Assembly: GCA_039821555.1 (NCBI GenBank)
Contig: JBCBNX010000025.1
Location: 1 to 50,089 of the forward strand
Length of the DNA stretch: 50,089 nucleotides
Source of the DNA: Bacteroidota bacterium
Lineage (GTDB): Bacteria > Bacteroidota > Rhodothermia > Rhodothermales > Rubricoccaceae
Reading direction: 5' to 3'
In this document: positions 10,416 through 19,070 of the stretch, piece after piece
How the letters are laid out: the number at the start of each line of letters is the position of its first letter
How positions within the stretch are numbered: position 1 is the stretch's first letter
Made by a program: the position numbers and the translations under genes
Notes under the pieces: generated by a model
What the model saw: only the letters and a program-made list of their open reading frames with translations
Databases searched by the model: none
Told to the model about the DNA's origin: nothing

Positions 10416-11615
10416 TTACAGGCCGTCTGCGTCCCCCTCGCCCGACGTAGGCTCGGCGGGGGGCTCGGTCGGCACCCCGTTGGATGACGCCGCGCTGGGT
10501 GGCGCCGCGCTGGATGGCGTTTCCTCCGTAGGCATGGCTGCCTCGGCAGAGACCCCGTCGGCGGACGCGTTGTCGCTCGCCTGGCGGGTTTCGAGTTCTT
10601 GGCGCAGCGCTTCCAGGCGCTGTTCGAGTTCGTACAACTCGCGCGCGCGCTCCTCCAGCGACTCGTAGGTTTCCGAGAGCGCCCGCTCGCGGATCTCGAA
10701 GGGCGCCAGTTCGAGGTAGCCGCGGTCCTCGTAGTAGCCCTTGAACAGGAAGTTGTGCTTGAGCGCCTCCATGTTCTCGGCGAGCCTGAACATGGCGAGG
10801 TTGCCCCAGTTGGCTGCGTCCTCCGAGCGCTCCAGCACGAGCATGAGGTCGTTGGCGATGGACCCGAGGCGGGCCGTGGCGTCCTCCACGTTCTCGTAGA
10901 CGCTCGGGTCGTTGATGAAGCGCGCGAGCGTGCCGTCGCCCTCGTTGACCTTGCTGATGATCGACTCGATGTTGGCCGAGGCGGTCGCGGCGATCGTGAC
11001 GAGCGTGTCGGCCTGAGCAGTGATACCCCGGAGCGAGACGCGCGTCTCCTGGGCCGTCGCCACGAGGCCATCGTAGAGAGCGGGATCGTAGATGAAGCGG
11101 CCGAGGGTGCCCTCGCCCGTCTGGATGTCCTGCATGATGCTCGTGAGCGTGACCGTCACCGAGTCGAAGCGCGACACCGAGTCGAAGAGCCGGTCGGAGA
11201 CCTCGCTGAGGTCGAGCGGGTCCACGCCCGCGATGCTCCCGCCTTCCGCCACCGGGGGCTCTAGCTCAGAGCCCGCCGTGATCGAGACGATCACGCTGCC
11301 GACGAGGCCGTCGGTCTGGATGAGCGCGCGCGAGTCCTCACGGATGAGGTGCTGGGCGTCCTCGCGGATCTCCATCATCACCGTAATGGGCCCCCCGGGA
11401 CGTGCCGGAAGCTGTACGCGCTCCACGCGCCCAACGTTGATGCCTTGATACAACACCTGCCCGCCGCTGAGCAGGCCCGCCACGCGGCCAAACTCGGCCT
11501 GCACGCGGAAGGTGTCCGAGAAGAGGAACGTGCGGTTGGCGATGATGAACAGACCAAGCACGAACGCGGCAATCCCCGCGATCATGAGCAGTCCGAGCCG
11601 AGCCTGTCGAGACAT
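10416..11615 (-). CDS. mlaD: MCE/MlaD-family protein (outer-membrane lipid asymmetry/transport substrate-binding component) with a long acidic/low-complexity C-terminal tail
   Basis: N-terminal TM anchor MSRQARLGLLMIAGIAAFVLGLFI followed by an Mce/MlaD domain (FRVQAEFGRVAGLLSGGQVLYQGINVGRVERVQL). It is the last gene of a permease-ATPase-MCE operon. Confidence 0.8.
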   Translation of the reverse strand: MSRQARLGLLMIAGIAAFVLGLFIIANRTFLFSDTFRVQAEFGRVAGLLSGGQVLYQGINVGRVERVQLPARPGGPITVMMEIREDAQHLIREDSRALIQTDGLVGSVIVSITAGSELEPPVAEGGSIAGVDPLDLSEVSDRLFDSVSRFDSVTVTLTSIMQDIQTGEGTLGRFIYDPALYDGLVATAQETRVSLRGITAQADTLVTIAATASANIESIISKVNEGDGTLARFINDPSVYENVEDATARLGSIANDLMLVLERSEDAANWGNLAMFRLAENMEALKHNFLFKGYYEDRGYLELAPFEIRERALSETYESLEERARELYELEQRLEALRQELETRQASDNASADGVSAEAAMPTEETPSSAAPPSAASSNGVPTEPPAEPTSGEGDADGL

Positions 11616-11617
11616 GA

Positions 11618-11725
11618 GGGAAGGAAGAAGTAGGAAGTTAGAAGTGGAAGACTGTTTGGATGTTCGAGGTGGGTAGGACGCGTCGAGGAACCGTACTTCT
11701 CACTTCAAACTTTTCACTTCTCACC
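11618..11725. repeat. purine-rich palindromic intergenic repeat, copy 1 (between the mlaF-like stop and mlaD-like start)
   Basis: Left arm GGGAAGGAAGAAGTAGGAAGTTAGAAGTGGAAG. Right arm GTACTTCTCACTTCAAACTTTTCACTTCTCACCTC, an inverted complement. It starts directly after the TGA of the upstream gene. Confidence 0.6.
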
Positions 11726-12442
11726 TCAAGGCTCGTTGCCGAAGAACTCGCGGAGGGCGGGGTGCGACGAGTGTTTGAGTTGGTCCAGGCTCCCGCTCTC
11801 GGCGATTTGGCCGTCGTAGAGGAAGTGGGCGCGGTCGGTAATGATACTCGCCGCCAGGAGGTCGTGCGTGATCGCGAGCGACGAGATGCCGAGCGTGTCG
11901 CGCAGCTCGACGATGAGCTCGCTCACGACGCGCACGCTCACGGGGTCGAGGCCCGTCGTCGGCTCGTCGTAGAGGATGATCTCGGGCTTGAGGATGAGCG
12001 CGCGCGCCAGCCCGATGCGCTTCTTCTGGCCGCCGGAGAGCTCGGCCGGATACTGTGCCCCCTTCTCGGGCAGCTTCACCGCCGTGAGCAACTCGTCGAT
12101 GCGGTCGTCCTTTTCGCCCTTCGACATCTTCGTGTGGCGGTCGAGGAAGAAGCGCATGTTCTCGTAGACCGTCATCGAGTCGAAGAGCGCGCCGCCCTGG
12201 AAGAGGTAGCCGATGGCGAGACGGTTTCGGTCGAGCGCGTCGCCGGTGAGCAGGTCTACGCGCTCGCCCTTGACCCACACCTCGCCGGCGTCGGGCCGCA
12301 GCAGCCCGACGATGTGCTTCGTGAGCACGCTCTTGCCCGTGCCCGAGCCGCCGAGGATCACGCCCGACGTGCCGCGCTCCAACTCCACGCTCACGCCGCG
12401 CAGCACCTCCTTCGTCCCGAAGGCCTTGTGCACGTTCCGCAT
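11726..12442 (-). CDS. mlaF: ABC transporter ATP-binding protein, MlaF-like
   Basis: Walker A GGSGTGKS, ABC signature LSGGQKKRIGLARAL, Walker B ILYDEPTTGLDP. The start is taken at MRNVHKAFG. The upstream part of the track ORF (to 12595) is translation of the repeat element. Confidence 0.8.
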   Translation of the reverse strand: MRNVHKAFGTKEVLRGVSVELERGTSGVILGGSGTGKSVLTKHIVGLLRPDAGEVWVKGERVDLLTGDALDRNRLAIGYLFQGGALFDSMTVYENMRFFLDRHTKMSKGEKDDRIDELLTAVKLPEKGAQYPAELSGGQKKRIGLARALILKPEIILYDEPTTGLDPVSVRVVSELIVELRDTLGISSLAITHDLLAASIITDRAHFLYDGQIAESGSLDQLKHSSHPALREFFGNEP

Positions 12443-12528
12443 CGCCACGATGAGGTGATCCGACGGTGGCGGCGAGCCCCCCGTCACCGGAGCTTGGTCA
12501 ACGTCTTTGGCTTTAGCAAGCACAGCCG

Positions 12529-12640
12529 AGGTGGGAAGTTGGAGGTGAGAAGTTCGAAGTGGCGGCCATCTTGGAAGGTCGAAGAGAACGATCACGCAAC
12601 GCGCTAGCTCTCACTTCCTACTTCGACCTGCTCACTTCTG
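12529..12640. repeat. purine-rich palindromic intergenic repeat, copy 2 (between the mlaE-like stop and mlaF-like start)
   Basis: Left arm AGGTGGGAAGTTGGAGGTGAGAAGTTCGAAGTGG. Right arm AGCTCTCACTTCCTACTTCGACCTGCTCACTTCTG. The arm motif family matches copies 1 and 3. Confidence 0.6.
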
Positions 12641-13582
12641 CTAGACGGATTCGCTAACGTCGCCGAAGATCATCAGGGAGAGGCGGACGATGACCACGTC
12701 GGCGAGGATGATGAGGAGCGACGAGACGACGACGGCGCGCATCGCGGCCTGGCCGACTTCGCGGGTGCCGCCGCGCACGGTGTAGCCCAGGAAGCACGAC
12801 GTGATGCCGACCAGGAAGCCGAACACGCTCGTCTTCATCGTGTCGACGACGATGTCCACGAAGCGGAGGCTGGAAAACGCCTCGTCGATGAAGATGCGGT
12901 AGTCCATGCCGGTGGCGAAGCTGTTCTCGATGAACCCGCCGACGAGCGCCAGGAAGTCGGTCATCGCGGTCATGATCGGAAACATGATCACGCAGGCGAG
13001 CACGCGCGTCACCACGAGGTAGTGGTAGGGCTTGAGCGCTGCCACCTCCAGCGCGTCGATCTGCTCGCTCACCTTCATCGAGCCAATCTCGGCCCCGATG
13101 CCCGCGCCGAGCCGCCCGGCTAGCACGAGCGAGGTAAGCACCGGCCCGATCTCTTTGACGACGGAGAGCGCGAGCATGCTCGGGAGGAACATCTCCGCGC
13201 CGAAGCGGGCCATCGTGCCGCGGCTCTGCATCGAGAGCACGATGCCGATGGCGAAGCCCGTGGTGCCGGTGAGCAGGAAGCTCTTCGCGCCGACCTCGTC
13301 CATCTGCTTGAGCAACTCCTTCCACTCGAAGGGGCGCCGCCAGAAGCGGGCGAAGAAGTGCCAGCCGAACGCGAAGAAGTCGCCCGCTTGGTCGAGGAGG
13401 CCGTAGGCGTTGGCTTGCGACGCCTGCAGCCGCTCCGTGGCGCGCTCGGCGAGGCTCTTCTCCTGGAGAATCTTCTCGTTTGCGCGGGTACGCCGGGCAT
13501 CGCGCAGCCGCTGCGAAAGCGACGCCTCGGGCAGCGCATCGGAGGGCACGTCCTCGGTTGAGGCGTCGTCGTAGTCGGCCAT
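12641..13582 (-). CDS. mlaE: ABC transporter permease, MlaE-like
   Basis: MlaE-type core FLLTGTTGFAIGIVLSMQSRG...SEQIDALEVAALKPYHYLVVTRVLACVIMFPIMT with about 5 TM helices. It carries a ~60-aa acidic N-terminal extension. Confidence 0.8.
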   Translation of the reverse strand: MADYDDASTEDVPSDALPEASLSQRLRDARRTRANEKILQEKSLAERATERLQASQANAYGLLDQAGDFFAFGWHFFARFWRRPFEWKELLKQMDEVGAKSFLLTGTTGFAIGIVLSMQSRGTMARFGAEMFLPSMLALSVVKEIGPVLTSLVLAGRLGAGIGAEIGSMKVSEQIDALEVAALKPYHYLVVTRVLACVIMFPIMTAMTDFLALVGGFIENSFATGMDYRIFIDEAFSSLRFVDIVVDTMKTSVFGFLVGITSCFLGYTVRGGTREVGQAAMRAVVVSSLLIILADVVIVRLSLMIFGDVSESV

Positions 13583-13779
13583 CGGGGCGGCGAGAGGAGG
13601 CAGGGCAGAGGGGGGCGTTCCGTTTACGATACGACCTCCCGGAGGTTCATGCAGGAGCGATCGACGAACGGCGGAGGACGGCGGTGTGAAGGCGTGGACG
13701 TATGAGCGTGTGGGCGAAGAAGGGCCTCGTCCACACGCTTAGTCCTGCAGGCCTCCGCGCCCGGGAGCAGGGCGAGGTC

Positions 13780-16461
13780 TCAGTCCCGCCGCAGCGCGCG
13801 CGCGGGGTCGATGAGCGCCAACCGGACGGTGTGGTAGCTCACCGTGCCGAGCGCCAGCAGGAGCACCGCGATCGCGGGCCACAGGAACAGCCCCACGCTC
13901 AGGTCAATGCGCGCCGCATAGTCTTCCAGCCACCGCCCGACGCCCCACGCCATCAGCGGTACCGCGATCACAAGCGCGAGCGCCACGAGTTTGCCAATGT
14001 CGGTGAAGAGCAGCCGCGCGATCTCCGTCGGCTTGGCGCCGAGCACCTTGCGGACGCCCATCTCCTTCGTGCGCTGCCCGGCCGTGTACGCCGCCAGCCC
14101 GACCAGGCCCAGGCACGCCACCACGAGCGCGAAGCCCGCGAACACGCCGAAGAGCGTCCCGAAGCGCCGGTCGGCTTCGTAGAGTTGGTTGAACTGCTCG
14201 TCCACGAAGCGGTACTCGAACGGGTTGCCAGGAAACACCTCTTCGAAGGAGGCGCGCACGCTAGCGATGGTGCCACCGAGGTCCTCTGAAGCGACGCGGA
14301 GGGTAAACCATGCACCACCGTGCCTCGGGAAGAAAAAGAAGGGCGCGATCTCCTCGTGCGCCGACGCCCAGTAGATATTCTCGACGACGCCCACGATGGT
14401 GGCCTCGTTGTCCGAGCCTGCGCCGCCCATCAAGATGACCTGGCCGATGGCGAGTTCAGGCGACTCAAAGCCCAACCCGTCAACGGCGGCGCGGTTGAGG
14501 ACGAGGTCGCTCTCGCTGAACGCGTCCCCGAAGTTGCGCCCGGCGACAAACGTGAGCCCGTACACCTCCGCGAACTCGGCGCTGATCCACACGCCAGTGG
14601 CGTAGACTTCCTCGGTAGCAGGCGCGCCGCTGCGGAGAATGCTCGTGCCCCAGTTGTAGCCGTTGCCGGGCACGTTGTCCGACATTGCCACGCCCTGCAC
14701 AGCGCTCTGCTGTTCGATGCGCTGGGCGAGGGCCTGCATCATCCCCGTGCGCGTGTTCACGCTATCCGTTTCCACGGCGCTCGGACCGCTCACCAGCAGT
14801 AGCCGGTCTGCCTCATAGCCGAGGTCGATGGTGCGCAGGTGCTGGACCTGCTGGTAGACGGCATAGGTCCCGATCAGCAGCGCGAGCGACGCCGCGAACT
14901 GGAACACCACGAGCGCCCGCCGCAGTCGGTCCTTCGAGAACGCCGTGCCGAGGCCGTCCTTGAGCACCGTGATCGGGCGGAACGACGAGAGCACAAACGC
15001 CGGGTAGAGGCTCGCCAGGATCGCCCCCAGGACCAGCACGAGGAGCGCTATGGCCCAGAACGACGGCTGCGCCCAGATGGCGAATGTGATCTCGGTGCCC
15101 GCGAGCCGGTTGAGCAGCGGCAGTCCGAGCGCTGCGAGTCCCATCGCGAGGCCGAGCGCGATGCTGTTCACGAGCGTCGCCTCGACGAGGAACTGGCTCA
15201 CGAGCTGCCGCCGGAACGCCCCCGACGCCTTGCGCACGCCGACTTCGCGTGCGCGCTCCATCGCCCGCGCTGTGGTCAGGTTGACGTAGTTGACCCACGC
15301 AATTACGAGGATGAAGAGCGCCACGAGGCCGAAGACCCGTAGCATGCCGGGGTCGCCCGTCGGGAGCCAGCCGTTGGACTCGGTGAGGTACGCGTCGGCG
15401 ACGGGCAGGAAGACGTAGCGCATCTCGGTGCCGTTCTCAGCGAGGTCCTCGCCGTAGACCTCCATTGCGATGTCGGTCGCCTTGGCGGCAGCCTCCGCAA
15501 CGCTCGCGTTCGGCTCCAGGCTCGCGTAGGTCATAAAGTTGGTCCAGCCCCAGCCGTCGTTCTCGGCGTACTGCGGGTTGGTCGTGAGCAAGTCGTACAG
15601 GGGCAGCAGCATCTCCGCCTGGAGGTGCGAGTTGCCGGGCATGTCGGCGTACACCCCGCCGACGGTATAGTCGCGTCGCACCCACGAGCGGATCTCCAGC
15701 GGCTCGCCCACAGGGTTCTCCATGTCGAAATACTTCGCCGCGAGCGTCTCGGAGAGCCATAGCGTGCCTGGCGTGCCGAACGACCCGAGGTTACCGTGGA
15801 GCGCATCGAGAGCGAAGTGGTCCACGAACGCCGAGTCGACGTAGTAGGCCGACTCCTCCTCGCGAATGATGCGCCGCTCGCCCGCCTCGTCCTGTAGGAT
15901 GACCGTCATCGGGCCGTAGTTGGGGTGCACGCGGAACGCCACGTCGACTTCCGGCACGGTTGCGTTGATCTCTACCGCGAGCGCATACGGCGAGTGCTGC
16001 CCCTGCCCGGTTTCGCCATCAACGGTGCGCTGCGCGTCGACGCGGTAGAGCCGCTCAGCCTCGGGGTGATGGCGGTCGTAGCTCTGCTCGAAGGCGACGT
16101 ACTGGAAGATGAGCAGGCACACCGCCATGGCGATGGCGAGCCCGCCGATGTTGAGCGCGGAGTAGGACGGGCGCTTGCGGATATGGCGCAGCGCGAGACG
16201 TACGTAGGTGCCAAGCATAATCGAGCGGGTAAGTGAGCCGCGGAGGAGGAAGGAGGGGAGCGAGCGGACGAACTGGCCGACATACCACCGCGTCGCCAGC
16301 GCGGGCCCGTCGTCGAGCGCGCGGTCGGCGAAGCCCTCGGCGAAGTCGCCCAGGACAACCTCGCGGTCGGGCAGGGGCGCGAAGACGGCGACGAGCCGCT
16401 CAGCCCAGCGAGGAGGCTCTGGCGGGTGCTGGTCGGCGTTCGGTGTCGGGTCCATCGTCAT
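13780..16461 (-). CDS. MacB/FtsX-like ABC transporter permease (two FtsX domains, large periplasmic domains)
   Basis: About 890 aa. Two four-TM FtsX modules, each preceded by a large extracytoplasmic domain. Its N-terminus (MTMDPTPNADQHPPEPPRWAERL...LGDFAEGF) is typical of the Bacteroidetes PadR-associated permease family. The start ATG overlaps the PadR stop (ATGA). Confidence 0.8.
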   Translation of the reverse strand: MTMDPTPNADQHPPEPPRWAERLVAVFAPLPDREVVLGDFAEGFADRALDDGPALATRWYVGQFVRSLPSFLLRGSLTRSIMLGTYVRLALRHIRKRPSYSALNIGGLAIAMAVCLLIFQYVAFEQSYDRHHPEAERLYRVDAQRTVDGETGQGQHSPYALAVEINATVPEVDVAFRVHPNYGPMTVILQDEAGERRIIREEESAYYVDSAFVDHFALDALHGNLGSFGTPGTLWLSETLAAKYFDMENPVGEPLEIRSWVRRDYTVGGVYADMPGNSHLQAEMLLPLYDLLTTNPQYAENDGWGWTNFMTYASLEPNASVAEAAAKATDIAMEVYGEDLAENGTEMRYVFLPVADAYLTESNGWLPTGDPGMLRVFGLVALFILVIAWVNYVNLTTARAMERAREVGVRKASGAFRRQLVSQFLVEATLVNSIALGLAMGLAALGLPLLNRLAGTEITFAIWAQPSFWAIALLVLVLGAILASLYPAFVLSSFRPITVLKDGLGTAFSKDRLRRALVVFQFAASLALLIGTYAVYQQVQHLRTIDLGYEADRLLLVSGPSAVETDSVNTRTGMMQALAQRIEQQSAVQGVAMSDNVPGNGYNWGTSILRSGAPATEEVYATGVWISAEFAEVYGLTFVAGRNFGDAFSESDLVLNRAAVDGLGFESPELAIGQVILMGGAGSDNEATIVGVVENIYWASAHEEIAPFFFFPRHGGAWFTLRVASEDLGGTIASVRASFEEVFPGNPFEYRFVDEQFNQLYEADRRFGTLFGVFAGFALVVACLGLVGLAAYTAGQRTKEMGVRKVLGAKPTEIARLLFTDIGKLVALALVIAVPLMAWGVGRWLEDYAARIDLSVGLFLWPAIAVLLLALGTVSYHTVRLALIDPARALRRD

Positions 16462-16817
16462 CGGGAAAGGCCCAGGCCAGACAGAGAGAGCCCGAGGCGT
16501 TTCCAGGCGAGCTCGGGGAGCCGGGCCCACATCGCCTCGTGGAGGTCGCGGGCGGCGCGCAGCGCGGCGAACCCGGCAGAGGTGACGCGGTAGCGTCGGC
16601 GCGGGCGGCCCCGGCGCTTGGCCGTCGGCGCGCCCTCCTCTGTCTCCAGCAGCCCCTTGCGGACGAGCCGGTCGAGCGGGACGTAGACCCCGCCCACGGA
16701 GTAGCGCCGCCCCGTGACAGCCTCGATTTCGGCGCGGATGTCGGCGCCGTAGGCGTCGTCGCCGAGGCGGCAGGCGGCCAGCAGCAGCATCTCTTCGGTG
16801 CGGGTGATCGTCTCCAT
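16458..16817 (-). CDS. PadR-family transcriptional regulator
   Basis: 119 aa winged HTH, EEMLLLAACRLGDDAYGADIRAEIEAVTGRRYSVGGVYVPLDRLVRKGLLETEE. It overlaps the downstream permease by 4 nt. Confidence 0.8.
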   Translation of the reverse strand: METITRTEEMLLLAACRLGDDAYGADIRAEIEAVTGRRYSVGGVYVPLDRLVRKGLLETEEGAPTAKRRGRPRRRYRVTSAGFAALRAARDLHEAMWARLPELAWKRLGLSLSGLGLSR

Positions 16818-16908
16818 CCAGCTTCGGGGACTCGTGCGGCGTGGGGTGTTTTCTCTACGATATAGAGCAACGAGGTGCGCGCCGCTACGGAGGCCTCGTC
16901 AGTGGGTT

Positions 16909-16941
16909 ACGCTTTTTTCTACAACGCAGAGAAAAAAGCGT
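16909..16941. promoter_or_regulatory. AT-rich perfect palindrome upstream of the PadR gene (candidate operator, or terminator of the upstream gene)
   Basis: ACGCTTTTTTCT-ACAACGCAG-AGAAAAAAGCGT is a 12-bp stem. It lies about 90 nt upstream of the PadR start and about 110 nt downstream of the DUF2339-like gene stop. Confidence 0.3.
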
Positions 16942-17048
16942 CTGGCTAACCCATCGTCGATCCAGTCGCCATGCCGAGCGAGATCACGTCGAAGCGGTCT
17001 GGCTCGGGACTAAGGATCCGCGTCCAACACGTATGGCCGGAATCGCGG

Positions 17049-18998
17049 TCAGGGCGAGGCTGCGGCGGCGTCATCGCCGGACGTGTTGTCGTTGCTTGCC
17101 TTGCTGTGGTCCTCGTCGTCGCTGCGCCAGAGGCTCGGGACGAGGTAGCTCACGAGCATGAGCAGCGCGCCGAAGCCGAGGAAGAGCAGGATGCGCCAGA
17201 TCGCGTCCAACTCGGCGAGGTCGACCACGAACAGTTTGCCGACGACCACGAGCAGCGTCGCCAGCCCGACTCGGCGGACAAACTCACTGCGGCGCTGCCA
17301 GCCGAGCGCGAGCGCCCCGAGGGCCACCGCACCCCAGGCCACGCTCACGAGCGCCTGCCCGTTGCCGAGCGGCTCCAGTTCGCGCCAGAGCCAGCCGAGG
17401 CCGAGGACATACGTCCCCAGGAGGTACGCCGTCCGGGCACGCCCTTTTTTGAGCGTGGCGGCAGCGGCCCCGAGCAGCGCCAGCGCCGCGAGGTCGGCCA
17501 GCGCGTAGCCGGTCACGAACGGCGGCGGGGCGAGGCTACGCTCCAGACGCACGACGAGGAAGAGCACGAGCAACGCGCCGAAGCCGTGCCCGGTGACGCG
17601 GAGCCCCCGATCCCCCAGCCGGTAGGCCGCCGCATGCGTGGCCGCCATCACCAGCGAGAACGCAACGAGCCCGCCGGTGTCGTCGTCGAAGAAATAGCCG
17701 CAGCTTATCGCGGCCAGCAACACCGCCGCCACGCCGTGCGCTGAGCCGAGCCCGGGCTGCTCCTGGCTGCGCAGCCAGCCGAGCGCCCCCGCGTAGCCGG
17801 CCGCCGTGCCCAGCAGGATCAGCCCCTGGCCCCACTCTGGTGCCTCGAAGAGATCCTCGATGAACGCCCACGTCACGAGCGGCACGAGCACCGCAAGCAG
17901 GCGCGCTGGCTCCTCGGCCCACGCGCGGCCTTGGAACCAGCTCATCGCGGGACGCGGCCAGCGCTCCGGTGCGCGGTGGTACTGGACGGCTCGCCAGAGT
18001 GGCACGCCACCGAAGAGCAGCCCCGCGTAGACGACGCCCACAATCAGCACCGTGTGGTCCAAGCCGCGTGGCTGCGTGACGAAGAGGTCGATTAACTCCG
18101 CCCGTCCGATGCCGAGCACCAGCCAGCCGCCCACGATGGCGGTGACGAGGAGCGTCCGCCAGCCACGTAGCGCGTAGAGCGCAAAGGCACACGTCAGGAG
18201 CACGGACGTGTAGCCGACGAGCGCGGCAATGTCGCCGCTGCCGGTGTGGAGCAGGAACGGCGTGCTCAGCCCGCCCTGCGTCGCGACGACGGCCGCGAGT
18301 ACGTCGCCGCAGCGGTAGGCGAGCACGAAGCCGAGTGCCGTCACGCCGAGCATCGCCCCAAAGGCGACGGGGTAGCTCAGGAGGTCGTAGAGCTGGAAGG
18401 CGGCGAAGAGCGTCGTGTAGAGCACGGCGAGGCCGCCGCCCATGAGCGCCTGCCCATAGCGCAGCCGCTTCGGCCGCAGCCGCAAGCCGAGCACGATCAG
18501 CCCCGCCCCGAGCGCGACACCAAATCCGACGCGCACGAGCGGCCCCACCCAACCCTGCTCGATGCTGTAGCGGAAGAGGAACGCCAGCCCGATGAGCAGC
18601 AGCGCAATGCCGAGCCGGTTGAGCCAGTCCTCGCTCCGAAACACGAACGACGCTCGCTCGCGCACCTCGTTGATCAGGGAGGACTCGTTGATCAGCGAAG
18701 ACTCGTTGCCGGATGCACGTCGCTCGTCGGACACGGCTAGACGTGCACGTTCCTCACGAAGGCGCGGGCGTTCGGGGCTCCGCTCTGCCGGTCGCGAACG
18801 TTCAGGATCAGAGCGGCGAGGCTCGGAGCGCCGCCGTCCCGAGCGTCGCCCCTCCTGCCGGTCGTGGAGGTCCCGCACCACGTCCACGAGGCGGTCCACG
18901 CGCGCCTCCAGACGCGCCAAACGCTCCTCGACCGAGGGCTCTGGCGACGGTGCCGAGGTGGGGTCAGACGAATCCGGTGGTGGGGGGACCAAGGCCAT
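17049..18998 (-). CDS. large polytopic membrane protein, DUF2339-like
   Basis: 649 aa. Pro/Ser-rich N-terminus followed by the coiled segment EERLARLEARVDRLVDVVRDL, a basic linker, then more than 15 predicted TM helices. It contains an in-frame tandem duplication (ESSLINESSLINE). Confidence 0.55.
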   Translation of the reverse strand: MALVPPPPDSSDPTSAPSPEPSVEERLARLEARVDRLVDVVRDLHDRQEGRRSGRRRSEPRRSDPERSRPAERSPERPRLREERARLAVSDERRASGNESSLINESSLINEVRERASFVFRSEDWLNRLGIALLLIGLAFLFRYSIEQGWVGPLVRVGFGVALGAGLIVLGLRLRPKRLRYGQALMGGGLAVLYTTLFAAFQLYDLLSYPVAFGAMLGVTALGFVLAYRCGDVLAAVVATQGGLSTPFLLHTGSGDIAALVGYTSVLLTCAFALYALRGWRTLLVTAIVGGWLVLGIGRAELIDLFVTQPRGLDHTVLIVGVVYAGLLFGGVPLWRAVQYHRAPERWPRPAMSWFQGRAWAEEPARLLAVLVPLVTWAFIEDLFEAPEWGQGLILLGTAAGYAGALGWLRSQEQPGLGSAHGVAAVLLAAISCGYFFDDDTGGLVAFSLVMAATHAAAYRLGDRGLRVTGHGFGALLVLFLVVRLERSLAPPPFVTGYALADLAALALLGAAAATLKKGRARTAYLLGTYVLGLGWLWRELEPLGNGQALVSVAWGAVALGALALGWQRRSEFVRRVGLATLLVVVGKLFVVDLAELDAIWRILLFLGFGALLMLVSYLVPSLWRSDDEDHSKASNDNTSGDDAAAASP

Positions 18999-19070
18999 GG
19001 GCGTGAAAGGCAGGCCAGAAGAAGCTGGGAGCGATGCAAAGTAGGCGTCCGCCTGGATACGCCCAACGCC

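Noticed and set aside
17536-18552. 338-aa Arg-rich ORF antisense or out-of-frame within the DUF2339-like gene
   Set aside because: Composition artifact. The membrane-protein frame is far more coherent.
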